A DNA stretch of 64,000 nt from an uncultured bacterium (lineage in GTDB: Bacteria > Chloroflexota > UBA5177 > JANWHV01), in contig CAWHAE010000018.1 of NCBI GenBank assembly GCA_963827235.1, forward strand, positions 128,001-192,000, read 5' to 3'. Under the pieces are notes generated by a model that ran no database searches, had not been told where the DNA came from, and saw only the letters and a list, made by a program, of their open reading frames with translations. Below, in pieces: positions 19,142 to 29,360 of this stretch (the stretch's first letter is position 1; every line of letters starts with the position of its first letter). The position numbers and the translations under genes are program-made.

Positions 19142-21169
19142 TTACACCTCGTACTCGGTCGCGGTCCGCACGAATCGCAACTGAATCAGCGTGACCACGA
19201 GAATAGCGGCAAACAGGGTCACGCCGATCGCCGCCGCGAAGCCTTTGTCCGAGAATCGCGTGATGTTGTAGTACATCTCGAGGCTGGGCACGTAGGTGCT
19301 GTCCAGCGGGCCGCCGCCGGTCAGGATCAGAATGCCCGTGAAGTCCTGTATGCCGCCGATGAACGTCAGGATCATCAGCAGCTTGATCTGGCCCATCAGA
19401 AGAGGCAGGTGCATGGACGTGATGCGCCGCAGAGCGCCGGCGCCGTCTACCGTCGCGGACTCGAGCACCTCGCCCGGGATCGCCAGCAGCCCGGCGTACA
19501 GCACGAGAAGCGGAAGCGCCGTGATCCACGGGAAGCCGACGAAGATGACGGAGCCCAGGGCAGTACCCGTCTCGCCCAGCCAACTGTGTTTCCAGGAGGA
19601 GAGGCCCACCGAACCCAGGAAGTTGTTCAGCAGGCCCAGATTCGGGTCGTAGATGAAGCGCCACACCAGAATCGTGGCCACCGCCGGCACGATAGTAGGC
19701 ACGATGAAGGCAGTGCGGATCCAGTACTGCGCCCGCGTCGAACGGAGATGATAGATGATCTCCGCCACGATCAGCGGGAAGACGACAGTCTTGATGAGGC
19801 CGGTGATCAGCAGGATGGTCAGATTGGAGAAGCCGTTGGTCAGATAATGGTCCTGGCCCATAGCCTGGAAATTGTCGAATCCGACGAAGTGCGAGCTACC
19901 GTCGTCGTTCCACACAGTCAGCGAATGGTAGAGGCCGGACACGGCAGGATAGTAATTGAAGAGGGCGAGTATGGCAAAAGTGGGCAACAGCATCAAGTAC
20001 GACAGGCGCGCGCGCCAGAGCTGCCGTCCGGACCGGCGCAGCCACGTTCCCTGACTGTGCGCGAGTATCCTGCCGCGCGGCGTGGCGCGCAGATAGAGCG
20101 CGTAGAGCGACGCCAGCACGATGGCGATCGCCGCTCCTATTGCAAGACGCAGATAGAAGTCGCGCTGCGCCGCCTGGGACGCCGCCAGCTCGCCGCCGGA
20201 GCTGATCGCCGCCGCCGTGCCGTTGTCAAGCCCGTAGATCAGGGTATGGGCGTCGCCGGAGAGCGCTACCGAGTATCCCAGGTGACCGGTGGACTTGCTG
20301 AACACGACGCCGCCGTTGCCGTTCAGCAGGCTGATGTTCCCATCTTCGGAAGCGTAGGCAATGCGAGTGGCGTCGGCGGTCATGGCCACGGCATGAATCT
20401 TGTCGCCCGCGCCATGCGTCCAGAGCTGCTTGCCCGTGCCGTCGAAGACGTAGAGCGTGTGATCGTCGGAGCCTGCCGCCACCCGGCTGCCGTCCCGCGA
20501 TATCGCCACGCCATCCATGCGGTCGTTGCCGCCCTGCTGCCAGACCTGGCTGCCGCTGCCGTCGAAGTAGGTCACGCTGTCGTCGTCGGCGCCTACCACG
20601 ATGTGCTTGGCGTCGGCGGTCACGGCGACCGAGAGGGCGCTGCCGGACAACTGGGCGCGCCAGAGCAGCTTTCCTCCGTGATCGAGCTCGTAGAGGTGCT
20701 CGTCTTTCGTCAGCGACGTGGTGTCGTTCACGCCGTAGACGATGCGCTGCGCTCCCGGCGTGAGGGCCACGGAGCCGAGCGGCCCGTTGACCGTCTGTTT
20801 CCACACCAGGTGCCCGCTGGGCGTGAACAAGCTAAGGGTACTGTCGGCCGATCCGATAGCCACGTAGGTCGCGTCGGGCGCCACCGCGACCGCGGTCACC
20901 GCATTGCCGGTGGTGTATTTCCACAGCAGCTTGCCGGCGCCGTCGAACACATAGGCGGTTGAATCTCTCGAACCTATTGCCGTCAACGAGGCGTCGGACG
21001 ACGTGCTGATCGAGTAGACGATGTCTTTGGTCGCGAAGCTCCAGAGCTGGACGTTGTCCGCCCGGGCGGTCGCCGGCATGAGCCAGCAAGCAAGCACCGC
21101 TACGAGAGGCACCAGCCAGAGCAACCAACGCGTCGTGCCCCAGTGCTTCACCTTGAGCCGCCGTTTCAT
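19142..21169 (-). CDS. Fusion of WD40/PQQ-like beta-propeller and carbohydrate ABC permease (MalF-like)
   Basis: Signal peptide; about seven 40-aa repeats (W......V.SVA.T.D...IA.GS.D....FD..GK.LW); then permease with EVLESATVDGA. Confidence 0.9.
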   Translation of the reverse strand: MKRRLKVKHWGTTRWLLWLVPLVAVLACWLMPATARADNVQLWSFATKDIVYSISTSSDASLTAIGSRDSTAYVFDGAGKLLWKYTTGNAVTAVAVAPDATYVAIGSADSTLSLFTPSGHLVWKQTVNGPLGSVALTPGAQRIVYGVNDTTSLTKDEHLYELDHGGKLLWRAQLSGSALSVAVTADAKHIVVGADDDSVTYFDGSGSQVWQQGGNDRMDGVAISRDGSRVAAGSDDHTLYVFDGTGKQLWTHGAGDKIHAVAMTADATRIAYASEDGNISLLNGNGGVVFSKSTGHLGYSVALSGDAHTLIYGLDNGTAAAISSGGELAASQAAQRDFYLRLAIGAAIAIVLASLYALYLRATPRGRILAHSQGTWLRRSGRQLWRARLSYLMLLPTFAILALFNYYPAVSGLYHSLTVWNDDGSSHFVGFDNFQAMGQDHYLTNGFSNLTILLITGLIKTVVFPLIVAEIIYHLRSTRAQYWIRTAFIVPTIVPAVATILVWRFIYDPNLGLLNNFLGSVGLSSWKHSWLGETGTALGSVIFVGFPWITALPLLVLYAGLLAIPGEVLESATVDGAGALRRITSMHLPLLMGQIKLLMILTFIGGIQDFTGILILTGGGPLDSTYVPSLEMYYNITRFSDKGFAAAIGVTLFAAILVVTLIQLRFVRTATEYEV

Positions 21170-21257
21170 GGCTCAGCTATGCCAGTAGCCATAAGCCCAT
21201 CAGGCCCTTCATTATTCGGCTCGGGACTCGTCCCTAACGGGAAGCGTGCTCAACCCC

Positions 21258-21340
21258 GGCCGCGGAGGCGGTCGCCGGCGGATCCGAAGGACATGCTCGG
21301 TCGTATCGGTCACATTCCGCCGGCGTCCACCGCCGTGGTC
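21258..21340. repeat. Imperfect inverted repeat just downstream of the solute-binding protein gene (probable mRNA-stabilising hairpin)
   Basis: 26-nt arms cggccgcggaggcggtcgccggcgga / tccgccggcgtccaccgccgtggtcg, about 21 of 26 complementary. Confidence 0.55.
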
Positions 21341-21352
21341 GGAAGGGGCGAG

Positions 21353-22969
21353 CTACTGGCGCGTAGGCGGCTGTTTGGCCGGCGTCAGCAAGTCGCTATC
21401 GGCGTACTTCTGGAACTTGAGCACGTTCTCGAAGTTGCTTTGCACGTTGTTCTCTTCGGCCGTGGCAAACTGCGGGGTCGTGACCTTGTTGGCGAGGTAC
21501 TCCTGCATGAGATTCACCCAGGCGCGCACGCTCGACTGATAGTCGTCGAAACCACGAGCGCCTACCCCGGACGTACCCTGCTTCTCGGTGTTGCCAACGA
21601 ACTTGATCGCCGAATAGCGCGCGGCGAGAGAGGAAGGAAGCTGCACGTTCTTGATGATCGGCGGCCCGGTCAGCGAGCCGTCGGGGCTGTTCACGCTGTA
21701 CTGCATGAATTTGCCGTAGCCCGCGGGGCTCGTGAACCACTCGAGGAAGTCGATGTTGAGCTTGTTCTGCGCGAAGCTCTTCTTGGGCACGCCGTAGAAG
21801 TCGATCGCCACCTCGATGGTGCGGGCCGGAGCCTGTACGTACTGTCCGGTCATCGAGGGATTGTTGAAGGTGCCAAGGCTGAACGCCTGCAGCGCGCTCT
21901 TGGTCTTCGTCACCTTCACATCCTGAAGATCCTTCTCGAAGGAGCTGAGTCGCCAGCCGCCGTCGAGCAGGATGCCTGCCTTCTGCTGCAGGAAGAGCGC
22001 ATAGGCCGTGTCCTGCGTCATGCCATACCAGCCGGGCGGCGTGTAGTTCGACAGCAGGTCGTGTAGGTTCTGATCCACTGCCTGGATGGGCAGGCTATCG
22101 TCACGCCAGCGGTCCATCTGTGCCTGCGCGGCGGTATCCGAGAAGGACTTCTGGATCGCGATCAGGCGGCGCAGCGGATTGGTGGTGACCTTGTCGTTGT
22201 CGTCGTTGAAGGGATCGGCCGGGTTGTACTTCCAGGTCGGATCGATCGTCTTGTCGTACGTATAGTCGCCCGGCTGCGAGCGCTCGTCGTTGATCAGACT
22301 GCGGGTGTACTGGTCGGCGTACATGCGGAAGAGCCAACCGCCGTTGGCCGCCCACAACGAGTTGTAGTCGCCGGCCAGGGCCAGAGGTATGAGGCCCGCT
22401 GCCTTGAGCTTGGCGCAGTCCGCCAGCAGCTGCGGCCATGTCGTCGGAATGCCGCTGATGCCGGCCTTCTGGAAGAGCGCCTTGTTATAGAACCAGAGGA
22501 CCTGCACCGTCTCGAGATTCAGGTTCCAGATGTGGCTGTTGCTGCCATTGGAGGCCAGCATGGCCCGCAGGTCGATGGCATCCTTCCAGGGCTTGCCGCC
22601 GATGTACGGATCGGGCTGGTTCAGGTACGGACCGAAGTCCAGGAATTTCCCTGCGTTGTAGAGCGAGGCGTTCTGATTGTTATAGACGATGTCGAAGCTC
22701 GGGGTACCGGCCGCGAACCCTGCACTGATGTAATCGGCATAGTGCGAATCGGCGGGCTTGATGTCGACCACAACCTTGACCTTGGGATGCAGCGCCTCGT
22801 AGTCGAGGGCCAGCCGCTGCCATACGTCCTGATTGTTGCCCGAAAGATTGATGTTGATCGTCCCGCTCAGCGTGTCTGTCGCCGCCAGCGTCCGTGACGA
22901 GCTTTGCAGGGGCCCAACCAGCCCGATCAGGACGAGTAGCGCGACGACAACACGGATGTGTCTGGACAT
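21353..22969 (-). CDS. Carbohydrate ABC transporter extracellular solute-binding protein
   Basis: Signal peptide; YEALHPKVKV, WFYNKALFQKAGI..PTTWPQLL..LKAAG, FLQQKAGILLDGGW. Confidence 0.92.
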   Translation of the reverse strand: MSRHIRVVVALLVLIGLVGPLQSSSRTLAATDTLSGTININLSGNNQDVWQRLALDYEALHPKVKVVVDIKPADSHYADYISAGFAAGTPSFDIVYNNQNASLYNAGKFLDFGPYLNQPDPYIGGKPWKDAIDLRAMLASNGSNSHIWNLNLETVQVLWFYNKALFQKAGISGIPTTWPQLLADCAKLKAAGLIPLALAGDYNSLWAANGGWLFRMYADQYTRSLINDERSQPGDYTYDKTIDPTWKYNPADPFNDDNDKVTTNPLRRLIAIQKSFSDTAAQAQMDRWRDDSLPIQAVDQNLHDLLSNYTPPGWYGMTQDTAYALFLQQKAGILLDGGWRLSSFEKDLQDVKVTKTKSALQAFSLGTFNNPSMTGQYVQAPARTIEVAIDFYGVPKKSFAQNKLNIDFLEWFTSPAGYGKFMQYSVNSPDGSLTGPPIIKNVQLPSSLAARYSAIKFVGNTEKQGTSGVGARGFDDYQSSVRAWVNLMQEYLANKVTTPQFATAEENNVQSNFENVLKFQKYADSDLLTPAKQPPTRQ

Positions 22970-23087
22970 TGCGCGTTTCTCCCTCGTGTGTACATGGCCA
23001 CCTTGCCGGTGACTGCAGGCTTACCGCCCGCTCAGGGCGGGCAAAGAATCCCGATGAGCGGCGTCCCTCCTTTCTCCTCACGTACCG

Positions 23088-24110
23088 CTAGAGCTGCCTC
23101 GCGGCACACGTCGAAGCCCGCACGACCAGGTGTGAAACGACTTCCCTGCGCGCGGGCATACGGTCGGGCGCCGCCAGTCGCTCGAGGGTGACGTGAGCAA
23201 TCTGTTCACCCATCTGCCGCGATTCGAGGTCGACGCTGGTGAGCGGTGGTACGCAGTAGCGCGCCAGATACGTGTTGTCGAACGCGGCAACGCTCATCTG
23301 TCGCGGAACGGTGATATCGTTGGCGTGCAGCGCGGCGAGCACGCCCATGGCCAGCAGATCGTTGACCACGATCAGCGCCGTCGGAAGGTCGTCGGAGGCA
23401 CAATCGGAGAGGAGCGCCTGAGTGGCCCGATAGCCCTCCTCGATCGTGGGCCCGCAGTGGCGCACCCAGCGATCGAGAATCGGCAGGTCGAGCGAGCGCT
23501 GGATTTCCAGACAGCTCTGCAGGCGCGATCCCAGCAGGTTCTCGTCGACGACGCCGTAGATGTAGCCGATGCGGCGGTGTCCGAGGTTGGCGAGATGCTC
23601 CAGCAGCTCCCGCTCACCGCTCTTCCACTCCAGCAAGACATCACTGAAGAACGTGGACACCAGATAGCCCTGAGCACGGGCGGCGCTGATCTCTTGCTCG
23701 ATCTCCTCGCCGCTGCTGGAGCACACGATCAGCGCGTCCATGCGCCGCTGCTTGAGCCATTGCAGGCAGCGGCGCTCGCGCTTGACGTCGAACTTGGTGA
23801 TGATCACGACCACGCTGTAGCCGCGCTGCTCGGCCAGCGCTTCGATGGCGTCCGCGAGCTCCAGATAGTGCGGATTGCCGGCCTCGGGAATTGCCACGCC
23901 GAGAGTGTGCGTCGCTTTGCGGCTCAGGCTTCTGGCAGCCTCATGGGGATGGTAATCAAGCGCCGCGACGGCTTCATGCACGCGGGCGCGGGTCTCAGGC
24001 GTGATGGCAACGGCTTGAACGTCGTTGATGACGAGCGATACTGTCGTTTGCGAAACGCCGGCTAGACGCGCTACGTCGCGACTGGTGGCCCGCTTGGCCG
24101 GCGTTCTCAT
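23088..24110 (-). CDS. LacI-family transcriptional regulator
   Basis: TSRDVARLAGVSQTTVSLVIN HTH; NDLLAMG, VPRQMSVAAFDN, PPLTSV. Confidence 0.96.
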   Translation of the reverse strand: MRTPAKRATSRDVARLAGVSQTTVSLVINDVQAVAITPETRARVHEAVAALDYHPHEAARSLSRKATHTLGVAIPEAGNPHYLELADAIEALAEQRGYSVVVIITKFDVKRERRCLQWLKQRRMDALIVCSSSGEEIEQEISAARAQGYLVSTFFSDVLLEWKSGERELLEHLANLGHRRIGYIYGVVDENLLGSRLQSCLEIQRSLDLPILDRWVRHCGPTIEEGYRATQALLSDCASDDLPTALIVVNDLLAMGVLAALHANDITVPRQMSVAAFDNTYLARYCVPPLTSVDLESRQMGEQIAHVTLERLAAPDRMPARREVVSHLVVRASTCAARQL

Positions 24111-24133
24111 CGGTGAGAAACCTCCTCCCGTTA

Positions 24134-24160
24134 CTGTTCCGTATTACTAATACGGAACAG
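24134..24160. promoter_or_regulatory. Perfect 27-bp palindrome upstream of lacI (candidate operator)
   Basis: ctgttccgtatta-c-taatacggaacag: 13-bp perfect arms, just 5' of the lacI RBS. Confidence 0.7.
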
Positions 24161-24242
24161 CGCAATCATAGGAGCTTTTGTCCTGCCTGTCAAGACGCCT
24201 GGACAATCTCGCTTATCGACCGCGAACGCGTACTTTCACGAA

Positions 24243-24278
24243 TTGACAAACCCCGGGCACCGCTGTACCGTAGCGCTA
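24243..24278 (+). promoter_or_regulatory. Sigma70-type promoter for the GH106-like gene with adjacent LacI-like core
   Basis: TTGACA (24243) - 17 bp - TACCGT (24266), overlapping the palindrome TAGCGCTA (24271-24278). Confidence 0.55.
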
Positions 24279-24444
24279 GCGTGGTGGCACGGAGCGCCGC
24301 TGGCCTCGCCGATGAGCGCAGGGGCCATGGTTGGTGCTGAGCCGTCGTGGCCAGCGGGCCGACACCATTGCACTCCACACAGGCACCGTGTCCGAGGTCG
24401 ACGCATGGACCGCGAATACCCGTTGCCCAGAAATGAGATACAGA

Positions 24445-27400
24445 ATGGCCACACAATCGCAATCGACGACCGTCCTCGATCTGCAGCAGGTCGCTCGTCC
24501 GGCGGCGCGCTTCCGGCCTGCCCCGTTCTGGGCTTGGAACGAGGTGATGGAGCCGGACGAGGTCCGCCGCCAGGTACGCGAAATGGCCCGCGGCGGCCTG
24601 GGCGGCGCCTTCATGCACGTACGCGTGGGACTGCTCACCCCGTATATGAGCGAGGAGTTCTTCGCGGCCATGGCCGCCGCACTTGAGGAGGCCCGCGGAT
24701 TAGGCCTGCACCTCTACCTGTACGACGAGGACCGCTGGCCCAGCGGTTGGGGAGCCGGGGCAGTGCCGCTGGCCGATCCCTCCTTCCGCACCAAGTGGCT
24801 GCTGCGCGTGCCCGCCGGCGAGCAGCTTCCACTCGAGGGCGAGGCAGCGTTGCTCGCCACCGGTCCGGACGGCGTGCGCTACTACCGCTATCTCAGCCCC
24901 CTCAACCAGGCCTGGTTCTCCGGCGCCACGTACGCCGATCTGATGGATCGGCGGGCCATGCAGACCTTCCTGAAGGCGGCCTACGAACCGTACGCGGCCC
25001 GCTTCGGCGCCGACTTCGGCGGCCTCATCCCCGCCATCTTCACCGACGAGCCCGCCATTACCTTCCTTCCAGCCTACGTGGCCGTGCCCAGGGGAATGCT
25101 CTTCTGGACCGACGAGCTGCCTGCATGCTTCCTGGCCCAGCACGGCTACGACATACTGCCACGTCTGCAGGAGCTGTTCGAGGACCGCGGCTCCTTCACC
25201 GCCACTCGCACCGACTATTACCGCACCTGCGCCTGGCTCTTTGAGGAGCACTTCAGCAAGCAGCTCGGGGCCTGGTGCCGCGCCCACGGCATCGCTTTCA
25301 CCGGCCACTACATGCTCGAGGGCAGCCTCACCGCCAATCTGGCCTGGGACGTCTGCACGCTGCCCCATTACCGGCACATGGACTGGCCCGGCATCGATCA
25401 CCTGGGACTGCAGATTCACGAGGTGATCACCGGCCTGGGCTGCCGTAGCGTGGTGAATCAGTATGGCAAGCAGCGTATGGTGAGCGAGCTCTACGGCTGC
25501 TGCGGGCAGCACCTCTCGTTCGAGGACCGCAAGTGGATTGGCGAGCAGCAGATCATCCTGGGCGTCAACCTGCTGGTCCACCACCTTCTCCTCTATACCA
25601 TGGTCGGAGAGCGCAAGCGCGACTTCCCCTGCAACATGTGGTACCAGCAGCCCTGGTGGCCGCTCAATCAGGTCGTCGACGACTACCTTGGCCGGCTCTG
25701 CGCATTGCTCACCCAGGGCTCGATGGTGCCTGAGTTCCTGGTCCTGCACCCCATCGAGAGCCTATACGCCCTCCGCCGCCCTCCTTCGAGCGAGCAGGGT
25801 GCCTGGGCCACTCATCACACTGATGATGCGGCACGGTTGACTCCGCTCGATGAGGGCTTCCAGGCCCTCAGCCACTACTTGCTCGGCCATCAGCGCCAGT
25901 TCGACTACGGCGACGAGACCGTGCTCGCCGACTGCGGCACGGTCGAGAACGACGGCGATGCACCGCTGCTGCGGGTCGGGGCGATGACCTATCCCCTTGT
26001 GCTGCTGCCGGATCTGGCGAGCATACGTGCCGGCACGCTTGCCCTGCTCGAGCGGTTTGCCGCCGCGGGAGGACCGGTGCTCTCCACGGGCAGCCTGCCG
26101 TGGATGCTGGACGGCCGCGCTGACCGCACCGGACGGCTGGTCCGGTTCCTGGAGCAACACGTGCGACGAGTCGATATGCAAGGCGAAAACGATCTCGCCT
26201 CGCTGCTCGATCGCCGTCTGCTCCCGCTGGTCTCCGTCGAAGTCGAGGGGCCACGGCAGTGGCTGTGGCACCATACCAGGCGCGCCGGTGATGCGCACAT
26301 CATACTGCTGGCCAACCTGCACCGTGCGGCGTGCGTAACCGGCACACTGCACCTGGGGCCGGATCTGCGCGGCCCACTGTTTCGTCTGGATCTGGTGAAC
26401 AACACGGCGATCACCCTGTATGCCGCCGAGGGCCCGTTGCCGGCGATGCCCCTGCTCCTGGATCCCGGAGAGTCGCTGGTGCTAGTGGCCGGCGATGCCG
26501 TCCTCGCCGGCTTCTCCAGCGGCTCGCGGCCTTCACCGTCCGACGATACGGCGACCCTGGCGACCGTGCGCGAATGGAGCGTCGAACGACTGGACGACAA
26601 CGCGCTGACCCTGGACATGGCCGGCTTCCGGCGGCGCGACGAGCCGTTCGGCACCCCGTGCCCGGTGATCGCCATCCAGGAGGTGCTCAACGATACGCAC
26701 TACGACGGCCCGCTCACGCTGCGCTACGCGCTCGTCAGCGAGCTCGCACCGGCAAGCGCGGGGACCGTCCGCCTGGTTCTGGAGCATCCCGAGCAGTGCA
26801 CGGTCCGCATCAACGGACAGATCGTCGAAGAAGACGGCCTGCCTCCCTGGCGCGACATGCGCTGGCGGCAGCTGGCAATCGGGCACTCCCTGCGCCAGGG
26901 CGAGAACTGCATCGAGGTGGAGTATCCGACGTTCCAGCACGGAGACCCGAACAGCACCTACGACCAGTCGCGCCGCTATGGCACCGAGATCGAGTCGATC
27001 TATGTGGTGGGCGAGTTCGGCGTGCGTAGCCGGCCCGCCGGCGACCTGAGCCTCACTGAGCCGCCGGAACCCACCCCGCCGTGGGCACTGTGCGCCGTGG
27101 ACGGCCCGTTTGCACTGGAGGCGTCGCGCTCGCTCGCCGTGGGTAACCTCGTCGAGCAGGGATTGCCCTTCTATGCCGGCCGCATTTCCTGCCGGGCGAG
27201 TCTTTCACTGGACGACCTGCCGGCCGGACCGGTCTGGCTCGCGCTCGAGCGCCTCAGCGTGCCGGTCGTCGAGGTCCTGGTCAACGGTCGGCCGGCAGGT
27301 ACGTTTGCCTGGCGCCCGTACCGGGTGGCCATCGACTCCTTCCTGGTACGGGGCGAGAATCGCATTGAGCTCGTGCTCTACCACAGCCTGCGTAACCTGC

Positions 27401-27627
27401 TCGGTCCGCATCACTTTCCCGCCGGCGAGGAGTACGGGACTGGCCCGCACAGCTTCAGGGGGCAGGATGCGGATTGGGCCGACCTGCTGGTGCGTGGCGA
27501 GGAAGGTGCAGGCTGGCGCCCCTCCTACGCGCTTACCGAGTTCGGCCTGTTCGGCACGGTCCGGGTGCTCGTCGCCGGTGGCGGCGCGGAACCCGGGCCG
27601 CACTCTGGAAGCACGGGAGAGGCGTGA
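24445..27627 (+). CDS. Glycoside hydrolase, GH106 (alpha-L-rhamnosidase)-like
   Basis: PAPFWAWN, GGAFMH, YLYDEDRWPSG.GAG, IFTDEP, FTGH..E, PGIDHL, SELYG, GLPFYAG; no signal peptide. Confidence 0.85.
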   Translation: MATQSQSTTVLDLQQVARPAARFRPAPFWAWNEVMEPDEVRRQVREMARGGLGGAFMHVRVGLLTPYMSEEFFAAMAAALEEARGLGLHLYLYDEDRWPSGWGAGAVPLADPSFRTKWLLRVPAGEQLPLEGEAALLATGPDGVRYYRYLSPLNQAWFSGATYADLMDRRAMQTFLKAAYEPYAARFGADFGGLIPAIFTDEPAITFLPAYVAVPRGMLFWTDELPACFLAQHGYDILPRLQELFEDRGSFTATRTDYYRTCAWLFEEHFSKQLGAWCRAHGIAFTGHYMLEGSLTANLAWDVCTLPHYRHMDWPGIDHLGLQIHEVITGLGCRSVVNQYGKQRMVSELYGCCGQHLSFEDRKWIGEQQIILGVNLLVHHLLLYTMVGERKRDFPCNMWYQQPWWPLNQVVDDYLGRLCALLTQGSMVPEFLVLHPIESLYALRRPPSSEQGAWATHHTDDAARLTPLDEGFQALSHYLLGHQRQFDYGDETVLADCGTVENDGDAPLLRVGAMTYPLVLLPDLASIRAGTLALLERFAAAGGPVLSTGSLPWMLDGRADRTGRLVRFLEQHVRRVDMQGENDLASLLDRRLLPLVSVEVEGPRQWLWHHTRRAGDAHIILLANLHRAACVTGTLHLGPDLRGPLFRLDLVNNTAITLYAAEGPLPAMPLLLDPGESLVLVAGDAVLAGFSSGSRPSPSDDTATLATVREWSVERLDDNALTLDMAGFRRRDEPFGTPCPVIAIQEVLNDTHYDGPLTLRYALVSELAPASAGTVRLVLEHPEQCTVRINGQIVEEDGLPPWRDMRWRQLAIGHSLRQGENCIEVEYPTFQHGDPNSTYDQSRRYGTEIESIYVVGEFGVRSRPAGDLSLTEPPEPTPPWALCAVDGPFALEASRSLAVGNLVEQGLPFYAGRISCRASLSLDDLPAGPVWLALERLSVPVVEVLVNGRPAGTFAWRPYRVAIDSFLVRGENRIELVLYHSLRNLLGPHHFPAGEEYGTGPHSFRGQDADWADLLVRGEEGAGWRPSYALTEFGLFGTVRVLVAGGGAEPGPHSGSTGEA

Positions 27628-27787
27628 GATCGCTCTGCGCGAACGTCGAGTAGATTGGACCGTGGCAGAGCACGACGGGGGGCACGCCGGCCGTTGCAGT
27701 GCGACTCGTTTCTCGGACGGACAAGCTACCGGCAGGAACCGGTGGCCTGTCCGTGCCGCCGCGTGGTGACGCTGTCTCGACCCAGGC

Positions 27788-27815
27788 CATTTCTCTGACT
27801 ATAATCAGAGAAATG
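27788..27815 (+). promoter_or_regulatory. Palindromic operator enclosing a TATAAT -10 box and the start codon of the MarR-GNAT gene
   Basis: catttctctga-ctataa-tcagagaaatg (11-bp arms); TATAAT 27800-27805; ATG at 27813. Confidence 0.7.
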
Positions 27816-28697
27816 GATGCCGCGGCAGTACAGCAGGTACGCAGCTTCAACCGCACGGTCGCCGAACGGATCGGTGCCCTCGAGGACCGTTTCCTTGGAC
27901 GCGCCCGTCCCATGGCCGAGGCGCGAACGCTATGGGAGATTGGTCCTTCCGGCACCGACGTGCGGGCCCTGCGCGCCCGCCTGAGTCTCGATTCGGGCTA
28001 CATGAGTCGCCTGCTGCGGTCCCTGGAGCGCCAGGGCCTGGTCGCGCTCACCACGAGTGCCGCTGACCGCCGGGTGCGGCGCGTGCAGCTCACCACGGCC
28101 GGGCTCGCCGAGCGAGCCGAGCTGGACCGGCGTTCCGATGAGGTCGCCGAGGGCATGCTGGAGCCGCTCAGCACGAGCCAGCGGGTCAGGTTGCTGGCGG
28201 CCATGCGGGAGGTCGAGCGGCTGCTCGCCGCCACTCTGGTGCGCTTCGCCGTCGAGGTTCCGTCGTCGCCCGATGCCCTGTATTGCCTGCAGCAGTACTT
28301 CGACGAGCTGAGCACGCGCTTCGAGGCAGGCTTCGACCCGTCGCGCAGCATCTCTGCCGGCGCACACGAGCTGGCACCGCCGGCCGGCGTGCTGTTGGTG
28401 GCGCGGCTGCGGGCCCGGCCCGTCGGCTGCGGCGCACTCAAGCTTCATCAGGACGCCCCGGCCGAGCTGAAGAGGATGTGGGTGGCACCGGAAGCGCGCG
28501 GACTCGGGGTCGGCCGGAGGCTGCTGCACGAGCTGGAGCGGTATGCGCGGCAGGCGGGCGCGCGGGTGATACATCTGGAGACCAATCGAGCCTTAAGCGA
28601 GGCCATCGCGCTCTACCGCGGCAACGGCTACCGGGAAGTACCGGCATTCAACGACGAGCCCTACGCCCATCACTGGTTTGAGAAGCTGCTGTCCTGA
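27813..28697 (+). CDS. MarR-HTH / GNAT acetyltransferase fusion
   Basis: VRSFNR, LDSGYMSRLLRSLE..DRRVR winged helix; ELKRMWV..RGLGVGRRLL, LETN..AIALY GNAT motifs. Confidence 0.92.
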   Translation: MDAAAVQQVRSFNRTVAERIGALEDRFLGRARPMAEARTLWEIGPSGTDVRALRARLSLDSGYMSRLLRSLERQGLVALTTSAADRRVRRVQLTTAGLAERAELDRRSDEVAEGMLEPLSTSQRVRLLAAMREVERLLAATLVRFAVEVPSSPDALYCLQQYFDELSTRFEAGFDPSRSISAGAHELAPPAGVLLVARLRARPVGCGALKLHQDAPAELKRMWVAPEARGLGVGRRLLHELERYARQAGARVIHLETNRALSEAIALYRGNGYREVPAFNDEPYAHHWFEKLLS

Positions 28698-28886
28698 GTC
28701 GCGCCGTCGCTCGCTCATACGGCATGTAGACATGTAATTCTCAGGAGCCGGCTACGGAGCGCCATAGTACACTACAGGTAACCCGCGTGAGCACGCGCTT
28801 GGCGTTGGCTCCCCTGGATGTAGTAGCCGATCGATCAGGACGCGGGACGCCACGGCTTGGCCTGTGCCGCGAGGGAGTATCGGAGC

Positions 28887-29243
28887 ATGGGCTTGTCGCG
28901 CGCGCCCGCTCTCTACGAGCAGATCTACGGGCTCGTCGCCATGGTGCCAGCCGGGAAGGTCGCCACCTACGGTGACATCGCCGGCATTCTGGGTACCTGC
29001 GAGGCGCGTACCGTCGGCTATGCGCTCAATGCCCTGCCTCCGGGTCGCGATCGCGAGGTTCCCTGGCAGCGCATCGTCAACAGCAGGGGTGGTGTCAGCA
29101 CGCCCGGCCCCGATCAGCGCGCTCTGCTGGAAGCTGAAGGCGTCGTCTTCGACGAGCGCGGCTACATTCCCCTGAGCCGCTATCGCTGGCAGGGCCCGGT
29201 GGACGACGACGCGGGCGGCGAGCAGCAACTGGCGCTGTTTTGA
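28887..29243 (+). CDS. Alkyltransferase-like protein (MGMT family, Atl/YbaZ type)
   Basis: VPAGKVATYGDIA, ARTVGYAL, PWQRIV (Trp in place of catalytic Cys of PCHRV), QRALLEAEGV. Confidence 0.9.
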   Translation: MGLSRAPALYEQIYGLVAMVPAGKVATYGDIAGILGTCEARTVGYALNALPPGRDREVPWQRIVNSRGGVSTPGPDQRALLEAEGVVFDERGYIPLSRYRWQGPVDDDAGGEQQLALF

Positions 29244-29360
29244 CCGGCGGGTCTTTGCCTATTGGAACGCGGCCTTGAACAGCAATGGACAACACGGCGC
29301 GGTATGCCGGTGCCCGGCCAGGCCGGCGGGGAGAAGTGCCAAGCCGAATCGAGTGGTGAG

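Noticed and set aside
13037-20962. Long plus-strand ORFs (745, 703 and 668 aa)
   Set aside because: Antisense shadows of the sugar operon.
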